Origin: Candidatus Hydrogenedentota bacterium
Lineage (GTDB): Bacteria > Hydrogenedentota > Hydrogenedentia > Hydrogenedentales > GCA-2746185
DNA: 15,316 nt
Direction of reading: 5' to 3'
Assembly (NCBI GenBank): GCA_046583315.1
Contig: JAYGCN010000328.1
Location: 1 to 15,316, forward strand
Shown: piece after piece, positions 14,547-15,316 of the stretch
Position numbering within the stretch: the stretch's first letter is position 1
Layout of the letters: each line of letters begins with the position of its first letter
Translations under genes and position numbers: made by a program
Notes under the pieces: generated by a model
Told to the model about the DNA's origin: nothing
The model's input: only the letters and a program-made list of their open reading frames with translations
The model's database searches: none

Positions 14547-15316
14547 ATGTTTCGATTGGACGACAAAATTGCGGTAATCACGGGCGGTGGATCGGGCATT
14601 GGTCAGGCGATGTGCCACGTGTTTGCCCAACAGGGCGCGACGGTATGTATTCTTGAAGTGAACGCTGATCAAGCGAATGAGACGTTGTCGCAATTACAGG
14701 AAAACGGTCTTGCCGCATCGGTCTATGCTTGCGACGTGGCGAGTCAGGCTTCTGTGGATGACGCGATTGCGTCGGTTGTTGCGGATCATGGGCGCATCGA
14801 TATCCTCATAAACAATGCCGGAATTTCTCATGTAGGCACCGTCGAAACCACGACGGAAGAAGAACTGGATCGCGTGTATTCGGTCAACATCAAGGGCATC
14901 TACACCTGTTCACACGCGGTTGTGCCGATTATGAAGAAACAGGGCGGTGGATGTATTCTGAACATGGCATCCATTGCGTCGTTGATCGGGCTCAAGGACC
15001 GCTTCGCGTACGGCATGAGCAAGGGCGCGGTGCTCACGATGACTTATTCGATTGCGGTGGATTACGTGGGGGACAACATCCGTTGCAACTGCATCGCTCC
15101 GGCGCGCGTACACACGCCTTTTGTCGACGGGTTCATCAAAAAGAACTATCCCGGCAATGAAGAGGAGATGTTCAAGCAGTTGTCGGAATATCAGCCGATC
15201 GGCCGCATGGGCAAGCCTGAAGAGGTCGCGCAATTGGCCGTATACTTGTGCTCCGATGAAGCGTCGTTCATTACCGGGCAGGCCTATCCCATCGATGGTG
15301 GCGTTCTGATGCAGTA
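14547..15316 (+). CDS. Short-chain dehydrogenase/reductase, probably 2-keto-3-deoxy-L-fuconate dehydrogenase-like; stop codon probably straddles the window end
   Basis: Manual translation from ATG 14547 (GAGGAG RBS): MFRLDDKIAVITGGGSGIG…NNAGISHVG…NMASIAS…DRFAYGMSKGAV…IRCNCIAPARVHTPFVDG…QPIGRMGKPEEVA…FITGQAYPIDGGVLMQ, then TA. Has TGxxxGIG, NNAG and YxxxK motifs. Not in the ORF track. SDR call is firm; the substrate is inferred. Confidence 0.88.
   Translation, partial: MFRLDDKIAVITGGGSGIGQAMCHVFAQQGATVCILEVNADQANETLSQLQENGLAASVYACDVASQASVDDAIASVVADHGRIDILINNAGISHVGTVETTTEEELDRVYSVNIKGIYTCSHAVVPIMKKQGGGCILNMASIASLIGLKDRFAYGMSKGAVLTMTYSIAVDYVGDNIRCNCIAPARVHTPFVDGFIKKNYPGNEEEMFKQLSEYQPIGRMGKPEEVAQLAVYLCSDEASFITGQAYPIDGGVLMQ

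Noticed and set aside
13883..15309. ORF-track calls 13883-14599(-), 14910-15233(-), 14951-15160(+) and 15052-15309(+)
   Set aside because: These are alternative-frame or antisense shadows of the hydrolase and of the real SDR frame starting at 14547.

Overview
Bacterial chromosomal window of moderately high GC with no mobile element, CRISPR array or RNA gene that I can recognise. Left end (minus strand): a non-phosphorylative L-fucose catabolic run of FAH-family hydrolase, L-fuconate dehydratase and the 5' part of a FucU mutarotase (missed by the ORF track). Middle: scpA without an adjacent scpB, a secreted helical protein with two Spy/CpxP-like halves, a secreted calcineurin-like metallophosphoesterase, an AlkK/FadD-like acyl-CoA ligase, an S9 peptidase broken by one in-frame TAG and one 1-nt frameshift, a MoxR AAA+ ATPase with no partner gene, transcribed divergently from a ~596-aa two-module pentapeptide-repeat protein, and a divergent YpdA/Bdr-like flavoprotein reductase. 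Right end: a secreted alpha/beta hydrolase and an SDR (also missed by the ORF track) that resembles the keto-deoxy-fuconate dehydrogenase of the same fucose pathway. The best leads for something undescribed are the MoxR/double pentapeptide-repeat pair and the split fucose pathway; neither is proven from sequence alone.
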